Assembly (NCBI GenBank): GCA_038227875.1
Contig: JBBRPR010000001.1
Coordinates: 64,001-128,000 of the forward strand
Reading direction: 5' to 3'
DNA from: Planctomycetota bacterium
GTDB taxonomy: Bacteria; Planctomycetota; SZUA-567; H5-PLA8
DNA length: 64,000 nt
Shown: one piece after another, positions 20,078 through 28,840 of the stretch
How positions within the stretch are numbered: the stretch's first letter is position 1
How the letters are laid out: every line of letters begins with the position of its first letter
Notes under the pieces: model-generated
The model's input: the letters and a program-made list of their open reading frames with translations, nothing else
Database searches by the model: none
What the model was told of the DNA's origin: nothing
Translations under genes and position numbers: made by a program

Positions 20078-21088
20078 TTACTCTTTGGGTTCCGGCACGC
20101 TTTCGATCAGTTCCTTGATAATCTGGACGGTGTCGTTGCCTTCGGCTTCGGCAGCGAAGTTGGGGACGATGCGGTGGCGCAGCACGCTGACGGCGCACGA
20201 ACGGATGTCCTGCGTTGAGACGTGGAAGCTGCCGCGCAGAATCGCGCGGGCCTTGCCGCCGAGGACCAGGTTCTGGACAGCGCGCGGACCGGCGCCCCAC
20301 TGCAGCCACTTCTTGGCGGTCTTGGAGCCGTCGGGTTCGCCGGGGCGCGTGGCGCGGACGAGTTTCGTGGCGTAGGCCACGACCGGATCGGCGATGGGAA
20401 CTTTGCGGACGAGCATCTGGTACTTCACGATGTCGTTGCCGTTCATCACGACTTTCAGATCGGGCTTGTGATCGACGGTGGTCTGGATGCCGATCTGGAT
20501 TTCATCCTTCTCTTCGGGGTAGCCGAGATAAATGTTGAACATGAAGCGATCCTGCTGCGCTTCGGGAAGCGGATAGGTGCCTTCCTGTTCAATCGGATTC
20601 TGCGTGGCCAGGACTAGGAACGGTTCTTCGAGCTTGTAGGTCTTGTTGCCGATCGTGACTTCCTTTTCCTGCATGGCCTGAAGCAACGCAGCTTGAGTTT
20701 TCGGCGGCGTGCGGTTGATCTCGTCGGCGAGGACCATATTGGCGAAGAGCGGGCCTTGGATGAATTTCAGGGAGCGCTGCCGCGTGGCGGCGTCTTCTTC
20801 GATCACGTCGGTGCCGGTGATGTCGGAGGGCATCAGGTCGGGCGTGAACTGGATGCGCTTGAATTTCAGGTCGAGCACTTTGGCGATGGTCGAGACCAGC
20901 AGCGTCTTCGCCAGTCCGGGCACGCCGACGAGCAGCGCGTGACCGCGGCTGAAGAGGCAGGTCAGGACGTCATCGACCACGACCTGCTGGCCGACGATGA
21001 CCTTGCGGACTTCGCCAATGATCGCCTCGCGAGCCTTCTTCAAGGCTTCGACTGACTGCAGTGCTTCGTCGGTGGAGTCTTGCGCCAT
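20078..21088 (-). CDS. moxR: MoxR-family AAA+ ATPase
   Basis: Walker A GVPGLAKT, RIQFTPDLMPSDITG, Walker B LADEINR, ATQNPIEQEGTYPLPEAQ.DRF. Confidence 0.96.
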   Translation of the reverse strand: MAQDSTDEALQSVEALKKAREAIIGEVRKVIVGQQVVVDDVLTCLFSRGHALLVGVPGLAKTLLVSTIAKVLDLKFKRIQFTPDLMPSDITGTDVIEEDAATRQRSLKFIQGPLFANMVLADEINRTPPKTQAALLQAMQEKEVTIGNKTYKLEEPFLVLATQNPIEQEGTYPLPEAQQDRFMFNIYLGYPEEKDEIQIGIQTTVDHKPDLKVVMNGNDIVKYQMLVRKVPIADPVVAYATKLVRATRPGEPDGSKTAKKWLQWGAGPRAVQNLVLGGKARAILRGSFHVSTQDIRSCAVSVLRHRIVPNFAAEAEGNDTVQIIKELIESVPEPKE

Positions 21089-21547
21089 GATCGATGGTCC
21101 TCAAAGGAAGTTGGCGTCGTCTGAAGGGTATACTCCGCAAGGAGTCAAATTGTGATCAAATTGTTTAATTGATTAACTTTTTTAAATGCTTTGCGTTAAA
21201 CAAGTTGCTTAAGTTTTCTAAAGGTCACCGGAATTATGCTACTAAAAGATAGCATTTAATTCAAGCCCTGTGTGAACTTCTCCCCCGCAGCATTTGTGTT
21301 AGTGCACATTATATAATGTAAAGCGCTGAGAAGCGAACAGGAAGGTGAAACTATTTGGGCGAGGTCTTTTTGCCCATACCGCAATGCATCTGTCTATAAA
21401 TGGGATAGGAAGAGCAACGTATTCTTATAAAGGCAATAATGATAAAAGAATACACGTGTCCACTAATGAGATAACTAATATAAATAAAAGTAACATTATG
21501 GTGCTGGAGCGGTGTACTTACAGGTGCAGAGATTTGAGGGTCTTTCC

Positions 21548-22399
21548 GTGAATGCCATCAGCAGCGACCTTGTTGGGCGGCTTTACACGCAGGTCAAGCA
21601 GCGATTGGACGCTGAGCTCATTCCGCTCTGGCTGTTCCGCGCGACGGAAGTGCGCGACGGCGATGCGAAGGCGCATTCGCGGCAGGTCTGGTTGTTCTCG
21701 CGGCTGTTTCGAAAATACCCGCGGCGTGCGGAACTCGGCCGGACGGCGCGCGCCGGCGTCGACGGCTGGATCGCGAACCCCGATCCGGTTTCGCAGTGCG
21801 ACGATGCGCGCGCCATATACGCGCTTGCCGAATACTTTCTGGCGAGCGGCGATCCGCGCGGCATGGAGCACGCTTGCGCGGCGTTCGAGCGGCTGATCAC
21901 CGAACGCGATGACGGGCGGAATTTTAATTCGCAGTTGCAGCGCCTGGAAGCATTCACCGTGCTGTACGCGGCGTCGGGCAGCGACGTTCACGGCCGCCGC
22001 TTACGTGAGGTGATCGACGCGCTCGCGTGCGACGCGGCGCCGGGTGGGGAGCGCGCGCTGGAATTGCTCTGGCTGATGCGCCTGGCGTTGGAGACGCTTG
22101 GCGCGGACCTGCGTCCGTATTGGGAGCTCTGGAACGGCATGGCCACCCATGCGCTGCAACGGGGCTCCGAATGGGAGTGCATGGACGTCCGGCAGCACGC
22201 GGAGGCGCTGGTTGGCTTTCTGGACGCGTATGAACTTTTTGGCGATGAGCGGTATCTCGAGGCGTACGAATCAATCTGGAGCTTCGTGTGCCCGCGCCGT
22301 CTGCGCTGGGATGAAAAGTCTGTTGATCCGTGGGAGTTCGCTTACCATACGGGCCGCGCGATGATCGAATGCGCCGAGCGGTTGGAACGTCTCAAGTAA
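21548..22399 (+). CDS. AGE-family (cellobiose 2-epimerase-like) protein, shortened and degenerate
   Basis: R..WLFSR, AIYALAEY, AEALVGFLDAY, C-terminal YHTGRAMIE; GTG 21548 preceded by GAGGG. Confidence 0.65.
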   Translation: MNAISSDLVGRLYTQVKQRLDAELIPLWLFRATEVRDGDAKAHSRQVWLFSRLFRKYPRRAELGRTARAGVDGWIANPDPVSQCDDARAIYALAEYFLASGDPRGMEHACAAFERLITERDDGRNFNSQLQRLEAFTVLYAASGSDVHGRRLREVIDALACDAAPGGERALELLWLMRLALETLGADLRPYWELWNGMATHALQRGSEWECMDVRQHAEALVGFLDAYELFGDERYLEAYESIWSFVCPRRLRWDEKSVDPWEFAYHTGRAMIECAERLERLK

Positions 22400-22417
22400 T
22401 GTCAGGTAGGAGTCGTC

Positions 22418-23854
22418 ATGAAGCATGCGCCGTCCCTGTTGCTGCTCGCGGTGTTGTGCTCCATGATCCGACTTCGGGCTGGCGAGCCTGCGCCGAAGCC
22501 GCCGGATCCGCTCACGGTTATCCTTGAAAACACGAAGCCGTTGGAAATTCCGCGCGGCAAGCGATTGCCGCTGTTGGTCTGGACGGCTGAGTACCCGCCG
22601 AATGCCGACGACGCGGAACTGGAACGGATCATCAGGGAACTCGACGCGCGCGGCATTTCGCTGCTGACGCGCTGGCGCTCCAGCCAGTTCGAAAAAAGCG
22701 TCGCCTTCGCGCTGCGCGTGGCGGCGATCCAGAAGAAGCTGGGGATTCCCGTCGCCGTCGCGGCGGAGAACGACACGATCAACGGGTTCTGCGACGGCTC
22801 TCCGGGTACCGGCCATGTCGGCGCGGACGGCAAGCCGTTCTTCGACGATACGTTCATGGTCTGGAAGGCCGGCTGTCCGTTCACGATGGCTGCCCGGTAC
22901 GACGCGATGAAAGCGAAGCTGGAGCCGTTTTTGAAAAAGTACAAAGAAGCCGGCGCGCCGCTGGATTTCTGGACGGCCGACTTCGAATTCGACGGCCCGG
23001 ACGAATGGAACACGTCGTGGGAGAAATCGAAAAAGTGCACCGTCTGCCAGGCGAAGATCAAGGAGCTCGACAGCAACTTCACCGCCTTTCAAACAGCCGT
23101 CCGCACGGTTCGCACGGAGATGCAGGCCGACGTTTTCTCGAAGACGATCAAGGCGTACTTTCCCGACGCGCGGTTTGGCGTGTACGGGATGAATCCCAAC
23201 GACGGCTTCCGCTACTGGTGGGATTTCTTCGAGAAGAAAGACGCGATCCCCGGCGTCGCGTACAAGCAGGATCAGGGCGGCGTTTACCGGCCTTGGGCGC
23301 AGGAGTTCGAGGCCAGCGGCTACACTGTCGCGATGCCGGTGATCTACAGTCTCTACAATCCGTACAAATTCAAGAACGAGGAGTACGGCTGGTTTTACAA
23401 CATGCTGCTGGAGTATTCCGGCAGCGCGAAGCATACGCCGGATGCCGTCGCGCAGGTCCCCTTCGTGCATTGGAGTGTCACGGCGCCGAATGGAATGACG
23501 CCGCTGAGCGAATCGAAATACAAGGAACTGCTCTGGCACTTGCTGCTCCGCCGCGCGAACGGATTCTGCATGTGGTGTACGCCCGAGCAGATGGCGAAGA
23601 ACATCGTGCCGCTGCAGCAGGTGTACGCCGAGTCGCAACCGTTCCGCACGTTTCTTGATCACGGCACGCCGATCACGTTCGACGTGCCGAATCAGCCCGG
23701 CACAGTGGTCTCCGGGCTGAAGTTGGGCAAACGGCTGCTTGTTCGCCGCACGGATTTTGAGGCCAACGCCAACGCGGCGGTGCTGAAGGTCGACGACAAG
23801 ACCGTGAAAGTCGAGTCGGCGCCGGGGGCTTGCCAGGTGATTGAGCTGCCGTAG
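22418..23854 (+). CDS. Exported hypothetical protein, possibly glycoside-hydrolase-like barrel
   Basis: AGGAG RBS, signal peptide, aromatic-rich, WTADFEFDG; no family recognised. Confidence 0.6.
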   Translation: MKHAPSLLLLAVLCSMIRLRAGEPAPKPPDPLTVILENTKPLEIPRGKRLPLLVWTAEYPPNADDAELERIIRELDARGISLLTRWRSSQFEKSVAFALRVAAIQKKLGIPVAVAAENDTINGFCDGSPGTGHVGADGKPFFDDTFMVWKAGCPFTMAARYDAMKAKLEPFLKKYKEAGAPLDFWTADFEFDGPDEWNTSWEKSKKCTVCQAKIKELDSNFTAFQTAVRTVRTEMQADVFSKTIKAYFPDARFGVYGMNPNDGFRYWWDFFEKKDAIPGVAYKQDQGGVYRPWAQEFEASGYTVAMPVIYSLYNPYKFKNEEYGWFYNMLLEYSGSAKHTPDAVAQVPFVHWSVTAPNGMTPLSESKYKELLWHLLLRRANGFCMWCTPEQMAKNIVPLQQVYAESQPFRTFLDHGTPITFDVPNQPGTVVSGLKLGKRLLVRRTDFEANANAAVLKVDDKTVKVESAPGACQVIELP

Positions 23855-23856
23855 CA

Positions 23857-23876
23857 GCGGCTCTTGGCTCTTGGGA
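23857..23876 (+). repeat. 20-bp motif GCGGCTCTTGGCTCTTGGGA, copy 1
   Basis: Exact reverse complement at 61686-61705. Confidence 0.85.
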
Positions 23877-23884
23877 GCCTTGCG

Positions 23885-24550
23885 TTAAGCCTGTCCGCTT
23901 TTGTCCGCTTTTTCCGGACGGGGGTAGCGGAATGACTGCACGGGCTGGACGACCTGTTGTGGAGTCGCCTGGGCCTGTCCGCTTTTGTCCGCTCGTTTGG
24001 CGGCGAGTTCGGCTTTGGCGGCCTTCTCGGCGGCGATTTCGGCGTAGATCTTGTTCTCGGCGGCTTTCTTCTGCGCCTCCATCATGTTGAGCATCGTGTC
24101 AACCCGGTGCGAGGCGTTGATCAGTTTCGTGTGCTCTTCGCGGTCCACGCGCTCTTTTTCGAGACGATCGGCCTTCTTGTCGTGATGGACAAATTCGCGC
24201 CAGGCTTGAGCTTCCTCGGCGCGGCGTTCGAGGCGTTCTTCCTGCTGCAGCAGTTTCAGCGTTTGAATCACGAGGTAATCGGAGGCGTTGGGATCTTCGA
24301 GGATCGCGCGGATGCGGTTGCGGCCGAGCTTGCGGAGCTCGCGGTTTTCGCGGGCGACTTCGGCGGCTTCGTCCTGCTGGAGTTTGCGGGCGAGGGCGTG
24401 GTGCTTGTTGAGTTCGGCGACGAAGTTTTCCTCTTCGGCCCAGCGGCGGATGGTGCGCGGGTTGACGTTCAGTTCCCTGGCGACTTCGTGTTGCTTCTTG
24501 CCGGAGACGAAGAGGTCGATGGCTTTTTCGTGGAGCGGTTCGAGATTCAT
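23885..24550 (-). CDS. N-terminal HTH protein (phage phBC6A51/terminase-small-like) with coiled-coil tail
   Basis: AIDLFVSGKKQHEVARELNVNPRTIRRW..F; charged helical tail ending in two ADKSGQA repeats. Confidence 0.7.
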   Translation of the reverse strand: MNLEPLHEKAIDLFVSGKKQHEVARELNVNPRTIRRWAEEENFVAELNKHHALARKLQQDEAAEVARENRELRKLGRNRIRAILEDPNASDYLVIQTLKLLQQEERLERRAEEAQAWREFVHHDKKADRLEKERVDREEHTKLINASHRVDTMLNMMEAQKKAAENKIYAEIAAEKAAKAELAAKRADKSGQAQATPQQVVQPVQSFRYPRPEKADKSGQA

Positions 24551-24722
24551 AACGGAGATCCTTTCGGCATCCCACGGCGAAACACAGGAGCGCCAGGCGC
24601 TTATAAGGTGATTCGGGTTGTGGGTGGAAAGTGGGCGAGCGCCGGACCGCGTTTCAGCGATAAGGACGGACGTTCGCAGGTGCCAGAAAAGTACCCTAAT
24701 ATAAGGAGAATGTCAATAGGGC

Positions 24723-24755
24723 AGTTTTTAATTTTTAGTTTTGAGTTTTGAATTG
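24723..24755. repeat. Period-7 tandem array (TTTTAAT/TTTTAGT/TTTGAGT/TTTGAAT)
   Basis: Read directly from sequence. Confidence 0.7.
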
Positions 24756-24870
24756 TTTCGAGGTGGAATGTCGAATCTCCACACATTGTGCCTAAATATG
24801 AAGTTGTATCAATTTGAGCAGTCGCTTACTGTTACACCGCAGTCCTTCTATCGGGCGAGCGGGAAATTAC

Positions 24871-27800
24871 GTGCTCAACGAAACCTCTGACAACCGCTGG
24901 TACGAATTGCTCCGCGTCACGCGGCAGTGGCGTTTGGAATGGGATCTGGAGCAGTTGCTGCATCGCGTGGCCAAGGAGGCGGTGGAGTTCCTGGCCTTCG
25001 ATCGCGGCGCGGTTTTTCTGCTGGGGCCCGAAGGGATTATTCGGCGCGCGGAGTATTTGCGCCACGCGGCGCGGCCGCTGGATGAATCGCGCAGCGAGAT
25101 TCAGCGCATTGCCGAGAAGGTCGTGCAGAACGGCCGGCCGGTTTTCGCTCACGTCGTCGGCAACAACGCGGCGCTGAATAAGATTTCCGACGAAAGGATC
25201 GGCGATGCGTACTGCGTGCCGCTGACGGCGGGGCGCGGAATTCTCGGCGCGCTGTACGTGGATTCCCACGGCGGACTCAAGCGTGACAAGCAGAACCAGG
25301 AAGTGCTGGAGATGCTGGGCCTGCAGGCGGCGGCGGCGCTGGAGCACGCGCAGCTGTACCATTCGGCGATCACCGATCCGCTGACGGGGCTCTACAGCCA
25401 CCGCCATTTTCAGCAGCAGGTGGAGCAGGCGGTGCGTCGCGCGCTGCGCTCGGATCAGAAACTGTCGCTGCTGATCCTGGACCTTGACCACTTCAAGGCG
25501 CTCAACGATTCCGAAGGGCACGAAACCGGTAACCGCTGTCTGGTGCAAGTAGCGGATCTGCTGCGCACGACGCTGCGCAGCGCAGACATCATCGCGCGTT
25601 TTGGCGGCGACGAATTCGAATTGCTGCTGCCGGACACGAACCTGGCGGACGCGCTGAAGGTCGCCGAGAAGATCCGGCTGAAAATCGAGAAGCTGCGCTT
25701 TGGAAAAAATCGGCGCGTCGCGGGCACGATCGGCGCGGCGGCATTTCCAGATAACGCCACCGATGCGCAGCAGCTGTTCCTGCGCGCCGACGAAGCGCTC
25801 TACAAAGCCAAGCAGCAGGGCCGCAACCGCGCGGTGGCGTCCAGCGCAGCGGCTCAGGCGCCGGCGCGGGAAGCGCTGCGCGGGGATCCCGGGCGCGCAC
25901 CGGCCAACGACAAGCGGGCGTTGCCGCCGGAGACCGTGGCGGGCAGTTCGACGCCGCAGCGCACCACCACCGAGCAGATCGACGGGTACTCGCTGGTGCG
26001 GCGGCTGGGGCTGGGCAGCATGGGCGAAGTGCTGCTGGTGCGGCAGGAAGAACTGGAACGTGAAGTCGCGCTGAAACGGCCGCTCACGCCGCACCTCACG
26101 GCCGAGCAGGTGCATTCGTTCGAACGGGAAGCGAAGATCACGGCGTCGCTCAACCATCCCGGCGTGATCACCGTGTTCACGCTGGGCCGGGACTCCGACG
26201 GGCGGCGCTACTACACGATGAAGCCATTGCAGGGCTTGTCGCTGGCGCAGGTGCTGGAAGGCCGGCGCAAGGAAGATCTGAAAATCACGCGCCTGTTTAC
26301 GCTCAGCCGGCTGCTGGAGGTCGTGCAGCGCGTCGCCGAAACCATTGCCTACGCGCACCAGCGCGACGTGTTCCATCTCGACCTGACGCCGGCCAACGTG
26401 GTGCTGGGCGAATTCGGTGAAGTCACGGTGATCGACTGGGGCGCGAGCGCGTCGAGTACGACCAGCGGGAGTGGCCGCGGCGGGATCAACTACCACCTGC
26501 GCGGGCGGACGAACAAGAACGGCAAGCTGACATTCCTGGTTGGCTCGGCCGGATCGCTGGCGCCGGAGCAGCTTCCCGGGAGCAGGCGCAAACCCAGCGC
26601 GGCGACGGACGTTCACGCGCTCGGCGCGCTGTTGTATGAGGTGCTGACGGGGCGCGGGCCTTACGACCGCGACAACACGCATGACGTGCTCGATGCGATT
26701 CTCGGCGGCGCGATCATCCGGCCGGAAAAGGTGGTACCGAAGGCGGGCATCGATCCGACGCTCTCGCAGCTGTGCATGAACGCGCTGCACAAGGACGCGA
26801 AACTGCGGCCGAGCGCGGCGGAGTTCGCGCAGGGCCTGGGGCGGTACGTGCGGCGCGAGACGGAATACACGGTGACGCGTTTCGGACCCAACGAGGCGCC
26901 GCTGGACATGAAGGACTGGCAGGCGGTGCACGGCAAATGGAACCTGGTCGACGGCGAGTTTGTGTCGGGGGATTCAGATGGCCAGAACTGTCTGCTGCTG
27001 TGGAAGAATTCGGTGCCCGGCGCATTCCGGCTGGTAGTGGAAGGCTGGATTGAAAAGCGCGGCGAGCTGGCGCTGGTGGGACGCAACCGGGCGAGCAATG
27101 CAACCGAAGGGTACCTGTTCCAATTCGGGGCGGAATGGAACACGTGTACGAAGCTCAATTATTTCGCGGCGATCGCCGGTCGCGTTCCGCAGCCGGGACG
27201 GCACTACCGGCTGGAGATGGAATACCAGGAAGGCTGGCTCTACTGCTACATCGATGGGGAGAAAGTTTTCGAGCACCGCGAGCTGTTTCATTTTCCGGGG
27301 AACCAGATCGGGTTCTATACATGTGATCCGGGCGTGCACTTCAAGGTCCTTGAGATCCAGCGCCAGAACTGGGGCTTGAACGTGCCGGCAGTGCGCATGG
27401 CCGATGCGTATTACCACAGCCAGCAGTTCGACAAGGCCGCCGAGATGTACGCGGAGCTCAGCGAGCGGCTCGGCGACCGGTTGGAAGGACTGGAAGCGCG
27501 GTTGAAACTGGGATTGGCCTATGCCGGGATGGACCGGCGCTCCGAGGCGCGGAAGATGTTTCAAGAGCTGCGCGGGACATTGCTGGAGCCCTTTGCGCTC
27601 TCCAATGAGGCCATGCTGGATTTTCATCTGACGCCCGCCACCGGAAACCGCGACCAGCCGTGGCGCGGTTTGAAGGTGTTGAAAAAATTAATCGCCCGGC
27701 ATGCGGACAGTCCCGCGCGGTACACGGTCGTGGAAGCTTCGTACCGGTTCGTCAATGTGAAGACGACCCAGGAGCACTTGAACTTCACCGTGGAGATCAA

Positions 27801-28803
27801 GGATCTCGCGCGCAACAGCATTCCCCATCCGACGATGATGGAAATCGGCACGAACGGATCCTTCATGTCGTCGCTGATGGGGCTGGGGCAATACAAACGG
27901 GCGATGACGGAAGGAATCAAGTTTCAGAAGCGGCTGCTGCCGGGCCAGTATGACATTGGTTCCGTGCGCGCGATTCTGCAAGCGGTGATCGTGGCCAATG
28001 GGCGGGACGATCTATTGACGACCGACCCCTTTGACATTACGCGGTGGGACACAATCGACTTCGAAACGCCCCGGGCCTGTTCGATGTTCGACGTGGTGGT
28101 GCGGCAGCAGAAACTGCGGTCGTTCATTGAGCGGGTGAATGCCGAGGCTTCGCGCGTGCCGCTGCTGAGTTCGGACATCGCACAGACGGCGCTCTTCTGG
28201 GCGCATCTGGCGCTGGGCGAAAAGCGCGCAGCGCGGGAACTGCTTGACCGCCGTTTCCCCGCCAAGCAGGTTACAGATGTCACCGCCGGCATACTCCTCA
28301 CGGGGATGGTGGAGAGCCAGTACCGCGATCTGTTTGAAGATTACGCCGCGCGCCTGGAGAGCGAGCATCCCGGGGCCGCGCTGCACGTGCCGCGCCTGCG
28401 GTTGCGCGACGCCATTGAGCACCGGGAATTCGATGCCGCCGCGCGGCTGCTGCGCACGCTGGAGGGCACGCGGATGAATGCCGCCACGCGGGTGTTTAAA
28501 GTCATGCTGGAAACGCTGGGCGTGGTGAATGGCAACCGCAAGGAATTGAAAGCAATGGTGGATGCTTCGCTGGCCGGCCCGCTGCGCGATCTGGCGTATA
28601 TGTTTTTGGGACGAAAGAAGCCCGTTCCCGGAAAACTCTGGCCGCATCCCGGCTATATGCCGCAGTGGCGGCTGTGGCTGGCGCTGTGGCTGGAAGCGCG
28701 CGGACGCAAAGCGGCGGCGCAGGCGATCGTCAAACCGGCGCGCGATCCGCGGTATGGCCCCACGAACTCGCAGGCGGCAATTGAAGCCCTGCTTAAACGT
28801 TGA
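24871..28803 (+). CDS. GAF - GGDEF diguanylate cyclase - Hanks-type Ser/Thr kinase - LamG-like - TPR fusion
   Basis: GAF (CVPL..ILGALYVDS), TDPLTGL, DLDHFK.LND..GH, RSAD..RFGGDEF, ADEALYKAK; kinase GLGSMGEV, VALKR, HLDLTPAN, IDWG, APE; likely start GTG 24871. Confidence 0.9.
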   Translation: MLNETSDNRWYELLRVTRQWRLEWDLEQLLHRVAKEAVEFLAFDRGAVFLLGPEGIIRRAEYLRHAARPLDESRSEIQRIAEKVVQNGRPVFAHVVGNNAALNKISDERIGDAYCVPLTAGRGILGALYVDSHGGLKRDKQNQEVLEMLGLQAAAALEHAQLYHSAITDPLTGLYSHRHFQQQVEQAVRRALRSDQKLSLLILDLDHFKALNDSEGHETGNRCLVQVADLLRTTLRSADIIARFGGDEFELLLPDTNLADALKVAEKIRLKIEKLRFGKNRRVAGTIGAAAFPDNATDAQQLFLRADEALYKAKQQGRNRAVASSAAAQAPAREALRGDPGRAPANDKRALPPETVAGSSTPQRTTTEQIDGYSLVRRLGLGSMGEVLLVRQEELEREVALKRPLTPHLTAEQVHSFEREAKITASLNHPGVITVFTLGRDSDGRRYYTMKPLQGLSLAQVLEGRRKEDLKITRLFTLSRLLEVVQRVAETIAYAHQRDVFHLDLTPANVVLGEFGEVTVIDWGASASSTTSGSGRGGINYHLRGRTNKNGKLTFLVGSAGSLAPEQLPGSRRKPSAATDVHALGALLYEVLTGRGPYDRDNTHDVLDAILGGAIIRPEKVVPKAGIDPTLSQLCMNALHKDAKLRPSAAEFAQGLGRYVRRETEYTVTRFGPNEAPLDMKDWQAVHGKWNLVDGEFVSGDSDGQNCLLLWKNSVPGAFRLVVEGWIEKRGELALVGRNRASNATEGYLFQFGAEWNTCTKLNYFAAIAGRVPQPGRHYRLEMEYQEGWLYCYIDGEKVFEHRELFHFPGNQIGFYTCDPGVHFKVLEIQRQNWGLNVPAVRMADAYYHSQQFDKAAEMYAELSERLGDRLEGLEARLKLGLAYAGMDRRSEARKMFQELRGTLLEPFALSNEAMLDFHLTPATGNRDQPWRGLKVLKKLIARHADSPARYTVVEASYRFVNVKTTQEHLNFTVEIKDLARNSIPHPTMMEIGTNGSFMSSLMGLGQYKRAMTEGIKFQKRLLPGQYDIGSVRAILQAVIVANGRDDLLTTDPFDITRWDTIDFETPRACSMFDVVVRQQKLRSFIERVNAEASRVPLLSSDIAQTALFWAHLALGEKRAARELLDRRFPAKQVTDVTAGILLTGMVESQYRDLFEDYAARLESEHPGAALHVPRLRLRDAIEHREFDAAARLLRTLEGTRMNAATRVFKVMLETLGVVNGNRKELKAMVDASLAGPLRDLAYMFLGRKKPVPGKLWPHPGYMPQWRLWLALWLEARGRKAAAQAIVKPARDPRYGPTNSQAAIEALLKR

Positions 28804-28840
28804 GTTGCGCGCGGCGTGACGCGCACCCGTCGCTCATTAC

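Noticed and set aside
5..21055. Many long plus-strand ORFs (e.g. 1582-2658, 3826-5016, 9391-10992, 13156-14517)
   Set aside because: Antisense shadows of high-GC minus-strand genes; no motifs.
23885..24550. Prophage remnant
   Set aside because: Only one HTH gene; no integrase, large terminase or structural genes.
24832..26931. 699-aa minus-strand ORF
   Set aside because: Shadow of the GGDEF-kinase gene.
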